Positions 38,251 to 49,029 are shown, numbered from the stretch's first letter. The stretch: DNA of 64,000 nucleotides from Longimicrobiales bacterium (GCA_965202805.1 OZ241869.1:1-64000), one strand, 5' to 3'. The notes: generated by a model not told the origin, from the letters alone. Numbers and translations are program-made.

Positions 38251-40188
38251 CTATCCCGCGGCTTCCCCTTCGACCGACGTTCCCCAAAAGCGCAGGACGC
38301 CCCACAGCACGCCCACGCCGAGCAGCAGCGCCAGCCCCGGGGGCAGCCCGTACGCGGTGCCGATGTTGCCCAGGAGCATGCCCACGACGGCGACCAGCAG
38401 CGCATAGGGAAGCTGCGTGCGCACGTGATCGACGTGGTCGCACCCGGACGCGGTCGACGACAGCACCGTGGTGTCCGAGATGGGGGAGCAGTGGTCTCCG
38501 AAGATCGCGCCCGCCAGCACCGATCCGGTCGCCCCCAGGAGAATCACCTCCGCGCTGCCTCCGTCGAAGCCCACACCGCCCCCGAGGGTGATGGTGAGCG
38601 GGATCACCAGCGGGATCAGGATCGCCATCGTCGCGAACGAGGTTCCGGTGGCGAAGGCCATGGCCGCGGCGGTGGCGAACACCAGCACCGGGATGAGCCC
38701 GAAGGGAATGGCGTCCCCGAGGGTCTGTGCCAGGAACGCGGCCGTCCCGATCTCCCCGGTGATCGCCCCCAGCGACCACGCAAAGACCAGGACCAGCATC
38801 GCGGTCATCATCGCCTTCATTCCCGCGACCAGCGCCGACAGGGTCTCCTGGAGCGTGAGAATGCGCTGCGAGAGCGACAGCGCCATGGCCACCAGACATC
38901 CCGCGAGCGAGCCCCACAGCAGGGTGGCGTAGGGGTCCGCCTGCCCCAGGACATCCATCAGGGACGCCCCGGGTCCCGTCACCGCGCTCCCCGACACATA
39001 CAGCCCGATCAGGACCGTGAGCACCACGGTGAGCACCGGAAGCGCCGCATTCCACCAGCGCCGGGGCGCCCCCTCGGCCGGCTGCAGCAACGAATCGCTG
39101 GTGTCGGTCACCGGCGTCGAACCGGGCCGCGTCAGTCCGTCGCCGCGGGCGGCTCGCCGTTCCGCGGTGGCCATCTCTCCCAGGTCGCGGTTGGTGTAGC
39201 TCACAAGCGCCACGAGAACCAGCGCCAGCAGGGGGTAGAAGAGATACGGGATGGTCGAGAGAAACACGGTGAACGCGCTCGATGATGCGAGCGACGCCGC
39301 GAGTTCGGGGTTCGTGGCGGCGTTCTGCTCGGCTGCAAGCTGCAGTCCCTGGTCGATGAGCGAGATCTCGTAGCCGACCCAGGTCGAGATCGGAACGATC
39401 GCAGCCACGGGCGCCGCCGTGGAGTCGACCAGATACGCGAGCTTCTCGCGCGAGATGCGCAGCCGGTCGGTGATGGGCCGCATGGTCGTGCCCACGATGA
39501 GGGTGTTGGCGTAGTCGTCGAAGAAGATGGTCAGCCCCGCGAGCCAGGTGGCGAGCTTGCCCCGGCGCGGCGTGGTGGCGACCGGCGACACGGCCTCCAC
39601 GATGCCCAGCGTCCCTCCGTTGCGGGCGATGATCCCCACCATCCCGCCGAGCAGCAGGGAGAACACCACGATCTGCGTCTGCCCCGAGTCGTCGGCTAGC
39701 GCCGGCACGATGAAGGTGTCGACCGTGCGCCAGGTGGCCAGCAGGGGGTTGAACCCCGTGTACGCCAGCGCGCCCAGCCAAACCCCGGCGAAGAGCGCGG
39801 CCAGCACCTCGCGGAAGATCAGCGCGAGCAGGATCGCCACCAGCGGCGGCACGATGGAGTACCATGCGGGCGCGTAGTGGGGCCGCACCGTTTCGGTCGC
39901 CTCGCCGACGCGCACCTCCAGCGGCAGATCCGCCCGCGACTCCACGACCAGATCGGGCACCGCCAGCGACTGGTTGGCATCGACGGCTCCGGAGCGGAGC
40001 AGGGTGCCGTCGGCGGTCCGCACCTCGAACCAGCTCGACTCGTCGGGCGCCCCCGCCAGCGTGAGCGTGAACGGCAACCCTCCCATGACCACGGCCGGGT
40101 GCTCCTCGATCCCCTGCGCCGCGAGGGAGCCCGAGGCCGGAGTCAGGACGGACAGGACGAGCAGAAGAGCGAACGATGTGCGCCTCAT
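38251..40188 (-). CDS. NhaC family Na+/H+ antiporter-like transporter with N-terminal periplasmic extension
   Basis: IFFDDYAN, RISREKLAY.VDSTAAP, FATGTS, GAIFGDHCSPISDTTVLSS..SGCDHVDHVRTQLPYA. Confidence 0.9.
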   Translation of the reverse strand: MRRTSFALLLVLSVLTPASGSLAAQGIEEHPAVVMGGLPFTLTLAGAPDESSWFEVRTADGTLLRSGAVDANQSLAVPDLVVESRADLPLEVRVGEATETVRPHYAPAWYSIVPPLVAILLALIFREVLAALFAGVWLGALAYTGFNPLLATWRTVDTFIVPALADDSGQTQIVVFSLLLGGMVGIIARNGGTLGIVEAVSPVATTPRRGKLATWLAGLTIFFDDYANTLIVGTTMRPITDRLRISREKLAYLVDSTAAPVAAIVPISTWVGYEISLIDQGLQLAAEQNAATNPELAASLASSSAFTVFLSTIPYLFYPLLALVLVALVSYTNRDLGEMATAERRAARGDGLTRPGSTPVTDTSDSLLQPAEGAPRRWWNAALPVLTVVLTVLIGLYVSGSAVTGPGASLMDVLGQADPYATLLWGSLAGCLVAMALSLSQRILTLQETLSALVAGMKAMMTAMLVLVFAWSLGAITGEIGTAAFLAQTLGDAIPFGLIPVLVFATAAAMAFATGTSFATMAILIPLVIPLTITLGGGVGFDGGSAEVILLGATGSVLAGAIFGDHCSPISDTTVLSSTASGCDHVDHVRTQLPYALLVAVVGMLLGNIGTAYGLPPGLALLLGVGVLWGVLRFWGTSVEGEAAG

Positions 40189-40432
40189 CGGGAGTCCTTG
40201 GCAGGGTTTGGAGATGATCGGGCGCGGGCGCCCGCCGGAGCGCGCTCAGCTGTCAGCGACGTTCGCTGGCAAGGTATCGCCGCCGCGGACGCACGGCGAT
40301 GGTGCGGGAGGGGCATGGGCACGCGGTCCCGGTGCGGCGAACTCCCGGTCCGGGAGCGTTGCCACCAGGGAGCATGCGCCCGTATCTTCGCCCCGAGTTT
40401 TCCCCGACCAACCGGACGTTCCCATGCAAGAT

Positions 40433-40861
40433 ATGACAGCTCCGCTTCGTTGCCGGCGATCCCTCCTGCCGTTCGTCGCCATCCTTCTGGGTACCGCCGC
40501 CTGCCGGGGCGATTCCGGCACCGAGCCCGCGGACAGCGACACCCTGATGCCGACGCTGTCCAGCATCCAGACCCACATTTTCACGCCGTCCTGCGCCGGT
40601 CACCATGGCCCGTCCCTCGCGGAAGCCGACCTCGACCTGTCGGCGGGCCGTTCCTTCGCCAACCTGGTGAACGTGCCCAGCACCCAGGTCGAACTCGACC
40701 TCGTGAGGCCGGGTGACGCGGAGAACAGCTATTTGATCCACAAGATGGACGGCCGCCCGGGCATCGTTGGACGGCAGATGCCGATCGGCAGGCTGCCCTT
40801 AAGCGCCGAGGAGATCGCGGTCATCAGGCAGTGGATCGACGCGGGCGCCCGGAACAACTGA
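40433..40861 (+). CDS. Lipoprotein with a cytochrome c-like domain and atypical CxxHH motif
   Basis: Lipobox TAAC; IF.PSCAGHHG, LDL, V.PGD.ENSYL..K, MP, L..EEI..IRQWI..GA. Confidence 0.65.
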   Translation: MTAPLRCRRSLLPFVAILLGTAACRGDSGTEPADSDTLMPTLSSIQTHIFTPSCAGHHGPSLAEADLDLSAGRSFANLVNVPSTQVELDLVRPGDAENSYLIHKMDGRPGIVGRQMPIGRLPLSAEEIAVIRQWIDAGARNN

Positions 40862-40885
40862 GATCCGCCTTCACCGCCGGTGACC

Positions 40886-41446
40886 ATGCCCGATCAGTTC
40901 CGCATCCCGATCATGCGGGAAGATGCAGTGGGACGAGCGGTCGCCCGCATGGCGCGCGAGATCCTGGAGCGCAACGAGGGAACGGAACGCCTCGCGCTGA
41001 TGGGGATCCACCGCCGGGGCGTCCAGATCGCGCGCCTCCTGCAGGACGAGATCGAGCGCGCGGCCGGAGTCCGGGTGCCGCGGGGGTCCATCGACATCAC
41101 CCTCTACCGCGACGACCTGATGGCGATCGGGCCCAGACCGGTGATCGGTGAGTCGAAGCTCCCCCCGGGAGGCATCGACAACCGGGCGGTGGTCGTCGTG
41201 GACGACGTCATCTTCACGGGGCGCACCGCCCGCGCGGCCATGAACGAGCTGATGGACTGGGGGCGCGCGTCCCGCATCTACTACTGCGCCCTGGTGGATC
41301 GGGCGGGCCGCGAACTGCCCATACAGCCCGACATCGTGGGCCGGGCGGTCACGGTGCTGCCGCATCAGCGGGTCGACGTGCTGGTGCCCGAGATCGACGG
41401 GGTGCTCGGCGTGGATGTCGTCACGACATCGCCGGAGGCGGCGTGA
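40886..41446 (+). CDS. pyrR: Pyrimidine regulatory protein / UPRTase
   Basis: [49 protein letters not shown]. Confidence 0.95.
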   Translation: MPDQFRIPIMREDAVGRAVARMAREILERNEGTERLALMGIHRRGVQIARLLQDEIERAAGVRVPRGSIDITLYRDDLMAIGPRPVIGESKLPPGGIDNRAVVVVDDVIFTGRTARAAMNELMDWGRASRIYYCALVDRAGRELPIQPDIVGRAVTVLPHQRVDVLVPEIDGVLGVDVVTTSPEAA

Positions 41447-42423
41447 GCCGTTCGGCCGCCGCCGCTCCGGGGCTCGGGAAGGACCTCGTCGGCATCGAAC
41501 ATCTCGGCGCCCGCCGGATCACCAGCATCCTCGACACCGCGGAGCCGTTCAAGGAAATCTCCGAGCGGCGCATCAAGAAGGTTCCCACGCTGCGCGGCAT
41601 CACGATCGTCAACCTCTTCTTCGAGGCCTCCACGCGCACGCGCATCTCCTTCGAGTTCGCGGAAAAGCGTCTCGCGGCGGATACCGTCAACATCGGCGCG
41701 AGCCGTTCCTCGGTGGCGAAGGGGGAGACGCTGGTGGACACCGCCCGCAACCTGGAGGCGATGAAGATCGACATGGTGGTGATGCGGCACTGGGCGTCGG
41801 GCGCGGCCCGGTTCCTCGCGGAGCGCATTCCCTCCAGCGTGATCAACGCGGGGGACGGCGCGCACGAGCACCCCACCCAGGCGCTGCTGGACATGCTGAC
41901 GCTGCGGGACCACCTGGGCGCCATCGCCGGCCGGCGGGTGTGCATCGTGGGGGACGTGCGTCACTCGCGGGTGGCGCGCTCCAACATATTCGGGCTGCTC
42001 ACGCTGGGCGCCGAGGTTGGCGTGTGCGGCCCTCCGACGCTCATTCCCCCGCACATGAGCGAACTCGGGGTGCGCATCTTCCATCGAATCGAGGAAGCGA
42101 TCGAGTGGGCCCACGCGCTGAACGTGCTGCGCCTCCAGCTCGAGCGCATGGAAGCCGGCTTCGTGCCCAGCCTGCGCGAGTACAACCGCATCTGGGGGGT
42201 CTCGCGCGCGCGGCTGGCGGCGGCGCCCGATCCGCTCCTCATCCTCCATCCGGGCCCCATGAACCGGGGGGTGGAGATCGACAGCGACGTGGCCGACGGG
42301 CCACACTCCGTGATCCTTCAACAGGTCACCAACGGGGTCGCGGTGCGCATGGCGGTGCTCTACCTGCTGGCGGGCGGGCGGCCGGAGAAGGCCGAGGCGG
42401 CCAAGGCGGAGGAGGTCGCATGA
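41443..42423 (+). CDS. pyrB: Aspartate carbamoyltransferase catalytic subunit
   Basis: [52 protein letters not shown]. Confidence 0.97.
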   Translation: MSRSAAAAPGLGKDLVGIEHLGARRITSILDTAEPFKEISERRIKKVPTLRGITIVNLFFEASTRTRISFEFAEKRLAADTVNIGASRSSVAKGETLVDTARNLEAMKIDMVVMRHWASGAARFLAERIPSSVINAGDGAHEHPTQALLDMLTLRDHLGAIAGRRVCIVGDVRHSRVARSNIFGLLTLGAEVGVCGPPTLIPPHMSELGVRIFHRIEEAIEWAHALNVLRLQLERMEAGFVPSLREYNRIWGVSRARLAAAPDPLLILHPGPMNRGVEIDSDVADGPHSVILQQVTNGVAVRMAVLYLLAGGRPEKAEAAKAEEVA

Positions 42424-42493
42424 GCCCGCGCTCGTTGGCGTTGCGGCGGACGCGTTGCGCGTCTCGGAGGATGACCGCGCCCTGGAGGGCGCC

Positions 42494-43792
42494 GTGACGC
42501 CGCGCCCGCTCTGGATCCGGGGAGGGCGGATCGTCGACCCGGCCGCGCGCTTGGACGGCATCGGCGACCTGCTCCTGCTCGACGGGCGGGTGGCCGAGTG
42601 CGGCGGCGGGGTGGAGGGCCCGGATGACGCGGAAGTGGTGGAGGCGCGCGGGCTGGTGGTCGCGCCGGGCCTGATCGACGTGCACGTGCATCTGCGCGAG
42701 CCGGGTGGCGAGCACAAGGAAACCATCGCCACCGGCGCGCGCGCCGCGGCCGCGGGCGGCTTCACCTCCGTGTGCGCCATGCCCAACACCAGCCCGCCCA
42801 TCGACGACCCGGCCTCGGTGGGGTTCGTGGTGGCGGAGGGGCGGCGGGCGGGAGGCGCGCGCGTCTACCCGCTGGGCGCCATCTCCGTCGGTCAGGAGGG
42901 CAGGAAGCTGGCGGAGGTCGGGGAGATGGTGGCGGCGGGCGCGGTCGGCATCACGGACGACGGCCATCCGGTCATGGACTCCGGCCTGATGCGGCTGGCG
43001 CTCGAGTACGCCCTCCCGTTCGGCATTCCGGTCGCCGACCACCCCGAAGACCTGGGGCTGTCCCGCGAGGGCAGCATGAACGAGGGGCTCGTGTCCGCGC
43101 GCCTCGGCCTGGTGGGCAAGCCCAACGCGTCGGAGGACATCCACATCGTGCGCGACCTGCTGCTGGCCGAGCTCACCGGCGGCCGCATCCACCTCCAGCA
43201 CGTCTCCACCGCCTGGGGGGTGGAGGCGATCCGGCAGGCGAAGGCGCGCGGGGTGCGCGCCACCGCGGAGGCCTCGCCCCACCACCTCATCCTCACCGAG
43301 GCGGCGGTCGAGGGGTACCGCACCGACGCGAAGATGAACCCGCCGCTGCGCACCGACGCGGACGTGGCCGCCGTGCGCGCGGGCCTCGCCGACGGCACCC
43401 TGGACGTGATCGCGACCGACCACGCCCCTCACCACTACGACGAGAAGGAGTCCGCCTTCGACGATGCGCCCTTCGGCATCGTCGGGCTGGAGACCGCGGT
43501 GGGGCTCGTGCTCACCCATGTCGTGGGGGAAGGGGTCATCGACCTGCCCACCGCGATCGAGCGCATGAGCCCGTCCCCCGCGCGCGCCTTCGATCTCCCG
43601 GGCGGAACCCTGACCCCGGGAAGCGTGGCCGACGTGACCCTCATCGACCCCGCCCGCACATGGGCCGTGGACCCGTCGCGCTTCCTCTCAAAGAGCCGCA
43701 ACACCCCGTTTGCCGATTACGAGCTGACCGGAAAGGCGGTGATGACGATCGTCGGCGGACAGATCGTGTGGCGGGAAGAGGAGAGCGGGTAG
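42494..43792 (+). CDS. pyrC: Dihydroorotase
   Basis: GGAGG RBS before GTG 42494; PGLIDVHVHLREPG, MPNT, KMNPPLR, IATDHAPH, APFGIVGLE, SKSRNTPF. Confidence 0.95.
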   Translation: MTPRPLWIRGGRIVDPAARLDGIGDLLLLDGRVAECGGGVEGPDDAEVVEARGLVVAPGLIDVHVHLREPGGEHKETIATGARAAAAGGFTSVCAMPNTSPPIDDPASVGFVVAEGRRAGGARVYPLGAISVGQEGRKLAEVGEMVAAGAVGITDDGHPVMDSGLMRLALEYALPFGIPVADHPEDLGLSREGSMNEGLVSARLGLVGKPNASEDIHIVRDLLLAELTGGRIHLQHVSTAWGVEAIRQAKARGVRATAEASPHHLILTEAAVEGYRTDAKMNPPLRTDADVAAVRAGLADGTLDVIATDHAPHHYDEKESAFDDAPFGIVGLETAVGLVLTHVVGEGVIDLPTAIERMSPSPARAFDLPGGTLTPGSVADVTLIDPARTWAVDPSRFLSKSRNTPFADYELTGKAVMTIVGGQIVWREEESG

Positions 43793-43818
43793 GAAGCCGT
43801 CCGCGTCCGCCCGCCGTC

Positions 43819-45543
43819 CTACCGTCCTCCTCCCTCCAGCGCGAACGCCCACATCCGCGGGAAGCTCCGCCCGCTCGACTGCCCGGAGCCGATCGCAACG
43901 TACTGGCGGCCGCCCGCGGAATAGGTCACCGGAGAGCCGGGACTCCCGTCCAGTTCCGCTCCCCAGAGTTCCCGCCCGTCGCGCGCGTCGAGCGCGACCA
44001 GCCGCGAGCCGGTGCCCCAGAAGACCAGACCGCCGGCGGTGGACAGGGTCCCGCCGTGGCGCCCCTCCGCCGGCACGCGCCAGACTTCCCGGTTCTCGGC
44101 CGGGTCCCAGGCCATAAGCAGGTTCGAAGGACCCTTCAGCGGCGGCCGCTCGGGGCGGGGACCGGCGTCGGAACCGCGCACCGTCCCGGTGTTCCAGACG
44201 CCCGCGGTGTACTCGAAGCCCTCCTCCTTCTCGAAGAAGGAGACAGCGTTCCTGGCGGGGAGGTACACGAGGCCGGTTTCGGGATTCCACGACATCGGGT
44301 TCCAGTTGTGCGCACCGCCGGGGCTTGGCGACAGCCACACCGCGCCCGTCTTCCCGTAGCGCGCCTCCGGCGTCTCCACCGGGCGTCCCGTCTCCAGATC
44401 GACGTGGGTGGCCCAGGTGAGGTCGTCGGCGAAGGCCTCGGCGGAAATGAGTTCGCCGGTGTGCCGGTCGATGACGTAGAAGAACCCGTTCTTGGGCGCC
44501 TGGACGATGACCTCGCGCTCGAGGCCGTCGATGGTAAGGTCCAGCAGCATCAGCGGCTGGGTCGCGGTGTAATCCCAGTCGTCGCCGGGGGTGGTCTGAT
44601 AGTGCCAGCGGAGGGCGCCGTCCGCCGGGTCGAGGGCGAGGATCGAGGAGAGGTAGAGGTTGTCGCCGCCACCCGGGCTGCGGTTGTCGCGATTCCACGG
44701 CGAGCCGTTGCCGGTACCGATGTACAGGAGGCCGGCGTCGGGGTCGCTGGCCATCCCGTCCCAGACGGTGCCGCCTCCACCGACGACCCACCACTCCCCC
44801 GTCCAGGTGTCCGCCGCGGTGCGCATGGCTTCGCTCTCGAACCCGTCCGCCGGGTTGCCGGGGACGGTGTAGGTGCGCCACAGCTGTTCCCCCGTGTCGG
44901 CGTCGTAGGCGGTGACGTAGCCGCGCACCCCGTACTCGGCGCCGGCGTTGCCGATGACCACGATGTCGCCCATGACCCGCGGCGCGCCCGTTACGGTATA
45001 GTCCGACCCGGGAGGGGTGGTCTGCGTCGACCACGCCAACGACCCGTCCGCCCGGTTGAGGGCGACCAGCCGCCCGTCCAGCAGGCCCGCGATCACCTTG
45101 TCGCCGTGCAGCGCCGCGCCCCGGTTGACGTCGCCGCAGCAGGTCCGCGGCCCGCCGCGGTCCTCGGTCGGGATCGCGGGATCCCAGCGCCACATCTCCG
45201 CGCCCGTAGCGGCATCGAGGGCAAAGACGATGCTGAACGGGCCCGTCGCGTAGAGGACGCCGTCGGCGATCAGCGGCGTGGCTTCGATTCGCGCCCCGGT
45301 CTTCGGAATCTCCCAGCTCCACGCGATCTCCAGCCCGTCGACGTTGCCGGCGTCGATCCGGTCGAGAGGGCTGTAGCGGGTTTCGGCGAGGTCGCCCCCG
45401 TGGTGCCGCCACTCCTGCTGTGCGGCGGCGGGCGCAGCGAGGAAGAGGGAGCAGACGATGGGGATGACGGTGGACGCGAGGTTGCGGGCGCCGGCGGGAA
45501 AGTCGGTCGTCGCGCGGCCCCGCGGAGCAGGCCAGTGGGTCAT
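43819..45543 (-). CDS. PQQ-dependent dehydrogenase, methanol/ethanol family (Ca-type motif, no heme domain)
   Basis: Signal peptide; CCGDVNRG, GAEYGVRG, GGGTVWD, GDNLYLSS, DDWDYTATQ, APKNGFFY, GAHNW.PMS. Confidence 0.9.
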   Translation of the reverse strand: MTHWPAPRGRATTDFPAGARNLASTVIPIVCSLFLAAPAAAQQEWRHHGGDLAETRYSPLDRIDAGNVDGLEIAWSWEIPKTGARIEATPLIADGVLYATGPFSIVFALDAATGAEMWRWDPAIPTEDRGGPRTCCGDVNRGAALHGDKVIAGLLDGRLVALNRADGSLAWSTQTTPPGSDYTVTGAPRVMGDIVVIGNAGAEYGVRGYVTAYDADTGEQLWRTYTVPGNPADGFESEAMRTAADTWTGEWWVVGGGGTVWDGMASDPDAGLLYIGTGNGSPWNRDNRSPGGGDNLYLSSILALDPADGALRWHYQTTPGDDWDYTATQPLMLLDLTIDGLEREVIVQAPKNGFFYVIDRHTGELISAEAFADDLTWATHVDLETGRPVETPEARYGKTGAVWLSPSPGGAHNWNPMSWNPETGLVYLPARNAVSFFEKEEGFEYTAGVWNTGTVRGSDAGPRPERPPLKGPSNLLMAWDPAENREVWRVPAEGRHGGTLSTAGGLVFWGTGSRLVALDARDGRELWGAELDGSPGSPVTYSAGGRQYVAIGSGQSSGRSFPRMWAFALEGGGR

Positions 45544-45580
45544 GGCGCCCTCCGGGCTGGAGTCGCCCGGCGAGTGCGTT

Positions 45581-45835
45581 CTAGCCCAGGGAGTTGACCC
45601 GGCGCGCCAGCGCGCTCTTCATGCGGGCGACGGTGTTGGGGTGCAGCAGGCGGGAGGTGGCGGCGCGATCCAGCAGGACCTGCGCCTCGCGAAAGCAGGC
45701 CTGCGCGGTCTCGGCGTCACCGGCTTCGCGCACCCTCTTCAGAGCCGTGCGCAACCGGGAACGCTTCGTGCGGTTGCGGGCATTCTGCTCCCGGCTCTTG
45801 TTCATCCGCTTTGTCGCGCTCTTGACGTTCGGCAT
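45581..45835 (-). CDS. rpsT: 30S ribosomal protein S20
   Basis: MPNVKSATKR...RN...RS.LRT..K...LDRAA...LH.N..AR.KS.L. Confidence 0.95.
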   Translation of the reverse strand: MPNVKSATKRMNKSREQNARNRTKRSRLRTALKRVREAGDAETAQACFREAQVLLDRAATSRLLHPNTVARMKSALARRVNSLG

Positions 45836-46047
45836 CCTGTTCCCCGGATCGTGCGGTCCTTCTCCTGCAAGCTGCGGAGGATACCCAAATCCACCACGCG
45901 AATCAACCGGTTCCGGCGACGCCGTCGCTGGCGCAGTCGCGTCTCGCGCGATCCCGTTCGATTCTCGGCGCGCGGATCGCTTCCCGCCCGTCAGGCTGCG
46001 CCCACCGGGTAGCGGGCGGGTGCAGGCGCCGGTAGCTTCCGGGTGCA

Positions 46048-46707
46048 ATGGACATTCTCCTGCTCATTCCGGTCCTCCTTCTCTCCATCATCGTCCACGA
46101 GGTCGCGCACGCATGGGTCGCGTTGCGCGAGGGCGACGACACCGCCCACAGGCTCGGGCGCATCACGTTCAACCCGCTGCCGCACATCGACCTCATCGGG
46201 TCGATACTGGTCCCGCTCGGCCTCTACTTCATGAACGCCGGGTTCCTCTTCGGCTGGGCGAAGCCCGTGCCCGTCAATCCCCGCAAGTATCACGACTACA
46301 GGCGCGGCGACATCCGCGTGTCGCTGGCCGGCATCGCGGCCAATCTGATCCTGGCGATCGGATTCACCCTCCTGGCAGCCCTGCTGGTGAAGACAGTTCA
46401 GCTGAGCGGCGGCGCGCTGGCCCGGCCGCTGGACGTGGCGGTGCGCATGGCGGAACTGGGCATCCTGATCAACCTGGTGCTCGCCTTCTTCAACCTGGTG
46501 CCCATCCCGCCCCTCGACGGATCGCACGTCTTCTACCACCTGTTGCCCCCGCGCCTGGGGGTGGCATATCGGCGCCTTGGACGCTTCGGCATGCTCATCC
46601 TCATCGCCGTGTTCTTCCTGTTCCCGGGTCCGTTCTTCTCCATCGTCCTCGCACCGGTCCGCTTCTTCATGGGAGCGGCCCAGGACTTCATCGACCTGTG
46701 GCTCTGA
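46048..46707 (+). CDS. Site-2 protease family (M50) protein
   Basis: HEVAH, GD.TA..GR.TFNP..HID, GWAKPVP, FNLVPIPPLDG. Confidence 0.93.
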   Translation: MDILLLIPVLLLSIIVHEVAHAWVALREGDDTAHRLGRITFNPLPHIDLIGSILVPLGLYFMNAGFLFGWAKPVPVNPRKYHDYRRGDIRVSLAGIAANLILAIGFTLLAALLVKTVQLSGGALARPLDVAVRMAELGILINLVLAFFNLVPIPPLDGSHVFYHLLPPRLGVAYRRLGRFGMLILIAVFFLFPGPFFSIVLAPVRFFMGAAQDFIDLWL

Positions 46708-47480
46708 CGCCTCTCGACGCCGGCGCCGGAGAGAGCCGCGAACTGTTCGTGGTCGCGCTGGAGCGCTTTCAGGGGCCGCTGGACCTGCTTCTGCACCTCA
46801 TCCGCCAGCAGGACATCGACATCTTCGACATCCCCATCGCCGCCATCACCGATCAGTTCCTGCGTGCGGTGGGCGGGATCGGGGCGGAAGAGCTGGAGGG
46901 TGCCGGAGAGTTCGTCGAGATGGCCGCCATCCTGATCGGCATCAAGGCGCGCATGCTGCTTCCGCACCGGAGCGAGGAGGAGGACGAGGACCCGCGCGCG
47001 GAGCTGGTGCGGCGCCTTCTGGAGTACGAGCAGGTGCGCGAGATCTCGTCCCGGCTGGAGGTCATGGAGGCGCGCAGGATGCGCCGCTGGGCGAAGGGCT
47101 ACGTGCCGCCGCGTCCGCGCCCCGAGCCGCGTGACACGCCGCTGGAAACGACGTGGAAGGAAGTCTGGGAAGCCGCCCTCGCGGTCGAGCTTCCGCGGCC
47201 GCAGTCCCCGCCCAGGATCGGGGCCCGTCTGGTCTCCATGGAGGAGAAGATCGCCCTGATCCGGGAACGGCTGCGCGCCGTCGGGCGCATCGAGTTCTCC
47301 CGCCTCATTGGTTCCTGGCGTGCGCGCATGCACGGGGTCATGACGCTGCTGGCCGGGCTCGAGCTCGCCCGCCGCCGCCAGATCCGCCTGCGCCAGACCC
47401 GGCCCTTCGATGAGCTCTGGCTCTACAGGCGGGCCTCCCCGGCGGCGGAGGCCGAGAACGCCGGCGGGGAGGCCGCGTGA
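46698..47480 (+). CDS. scpA: Segregation/condensation protein A
   Basis: FQGPLDLLLHLI, DIFDIPI..ITDQF, EF..MAA.L..IK.RMLLP, DPR.ELV.RLLEY. Confidence 0.93.
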   Translation: MALTPLDAGAGESRELFVVALERFQGPLDLLLHLIRQQDIDIFDIPIAAITDQFLRAVGGIGAEELEGAGEFVEMAAILIGIKARMLLPHRSEEEDEDPRAELVRRLLEYEQVREISSRLEVMEARRMRRWAKGYVPPRPRPEPRDTPLETTWKEVWEAALAVELPRPQSPPRIGARLVSMEEKIALIRERLRAVGRIEFSRLIGSWRARMHGVMTLLAGLELARRRQIRLRQTRPFDELWLYRRASPAAEAENAGGEAA

Positions 47481-48052
47481 ATCCGGCCCAGGTGGTCGAG
47501 GCGATTCTCTTCTCCAGCGATGCCCCGCTGACCGCCGAAGAGATCGCGCGTGCCGACGAGAGCCTCGACGAGGACGTGGTCGCCGAAGCCATCGCGGCGC
47601 TCCGGCGCGAGTATGACGACGGCGAACGCGCCTTCCAGCTGATGGAGATCGCCGGCGGGCATCAGCTGCTGACCCGACCGGAGTTCGCTCCCTATCTGGA
47701 GCGATTCGACACGGTTCCGCGGCCGGCGCGCCTCTCGAGGCCGGCGCTCGAGACGCTGGCCATCGTTGCCTATCGTCAGCCGGTCGGACGCATCGAGATG
47801 GAGTACATCCGGGGGGTGAACTGCGCCGGCGTGATCCGGACGCTTCTCGACCGCGACCTGATCGAGGTCACCGGCCGCGGCGAGGGGATCGGAAGACCGC
47901 TGCTCTACGGGACCACCGGTCACTTTCTGGGACACTTCGGCCTGCAGTCGCTCGACGAGCTGCCGCGTCCGGCGGAGCTCCCGGTCGTGCTCCGGGAACC
48001 GGGGCCGCTCGAGGTCGGGCCGGCGGCGGAGGAGCGGTCGACCGAAGGGTGA
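47477..48052 (+). CDS. scpB: SMC-Scp complex subunit ScpB
   Basis: [24 protein letters not shown]...[23 protein letters not shown]. Confidence 0.95.
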   Translation: MNPAQVVEAILFSSDAPLTAEEIARADESLDEDVVAEAIAALRREYDDGERAFQLMEIAGGHQLLTRPEFAPYLERFDTVPRPARLSRPALETLAIVAYRQPVGRIEMEYIRGVNCAGVIRTLLDRDLIEVTGRGEGIGRPLLYGTTGHFLGHFGLQSLDELPRPAELPVVLREPGPLEVGPAAEERSTEG

Positions 48053-48182
48053 ACGCCCATGGACTGGTGGGCCGGGGAGCAAACGGCCGAGAGGCGACCC
48101 GCCTGAGGCCGGCAGGCCACGGAACGACCGCCTGGAGACTGGTGGACCCGGGAACGACCGCGGGCCGCGGGTCGGTCGCGGG

Positions 48183-48944
48183 GTGACCGGGGTGCCGGAC
48201 CCGCCCGCCCGCCCGAATCGGGGCGAGCGGCTGCAGAAGTTTATCGCGCGCGCGGGCGTGGCGTCCCGCCGGCGGGCCGAAACGCTGATCGTGTCCGGGC
48301 GGGTGCGGGTGAACGGGCGGCCCGCCACCCTGCTCGGAACCCGCGTGCGCCCGGAAGTCGACGAAGTGCGCGTCGATGGCGTCCGCGTGCGGCCGGCGCC
48401 GACCCGCTGGGTGATGCTGAACAAGCCGGCGGGCTTTCTCACGACCCGACGCGACGACCGGGGCCGCAAGACCGTATACGACCTGCTGCCCGAAACGCTG
48501 CACGGGCTCGTTTACGTGGGCCGGCTGGACCAGGCCGCAGAGGGGCTGCTGCTCCTTACCAACGACGGGGAAGCGGCGAACATGCTCGCGCACCCGCGCT
48601 ATCGGGTGGAGCGCGAATACCGGGCACGGGTCGCCGGATTGCCCGCGCGCGATGTTCTGAGGCGCCTGGTGTCCGGGGTGAAGCTGGAAGACGGCCCCGC
48701 CCGGGCGAGACGCGCCCGCGTCCTGGAGCGTGGTTCACCCCGCTCCGTCCTCGAACTGGTCCTGACGGAGGGGCGCAAGCGGGAGGTGCGGCGGATGTGC
48801 CGGGCGGTCGGTCACCCGGTCCAGCGCCTCGAGCGCGTGCGCTTCGGCCCGATCCGGCTGGCCGGCCTCGGCCGCGGGGAGTGGCGGGATCTGACGGGGG
48901 CGGAGGTGGCGGCCCTGGAGGAGATGCGCGCCTCCCGCTCCTGA
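48183..48944 (+). CDS. rluB: rRNA pseudouridine synthase (RluB/RsuA family)
   Basis: S4 domain [44 protein letters not shown]; follows scpB. Confidence 0.9.
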   Translation: MTGVPDPPARPNRGERLQKFIARAGVASRRRAETLIVSGRVRVNGRPATLLGTRVRPEVDEVRVDGVRVRPAPTRWVMLNKPAGFLTTRRDDRGRKTVYDLLPETLHGLVYVGRLDQAAEGLLLLTNDGEAANMLAHPRYRVEREYRARVAGLPARDVLRRLVSGVKLEDGPARARRARVLERGSPRSVLELVLTEGRKREVRRMCRAVGHPVQRLERVRFGPIRLAGLGRGEWRDLTGAEVAALEEMRASRS

Positions 48945-49029
48945 AGCGCCAGCCGGGCCACCCGACATCCGCGCCGCATCGGGCCGGGCGTGGGGGCGCG
49001 CTCCGAGCCGGCGCCTCACTGCTGCGCCG

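Noticed and set aside
40862..40885. PyrR-binding attenuator upstream of pyrR
   Set aside because: Only about 20 nt separate the upstream gene from pyrR, and no terminator/antiterminator or PyrR loop is visible.
9363..47480. Apparent N-terminal fusions in the ORF track for nagB, uxuB, eda, gltX and scpA
   Set aside because: Each extension overlaps the upstream gene in another frame; the real starts lie at or next to the upstream stop.
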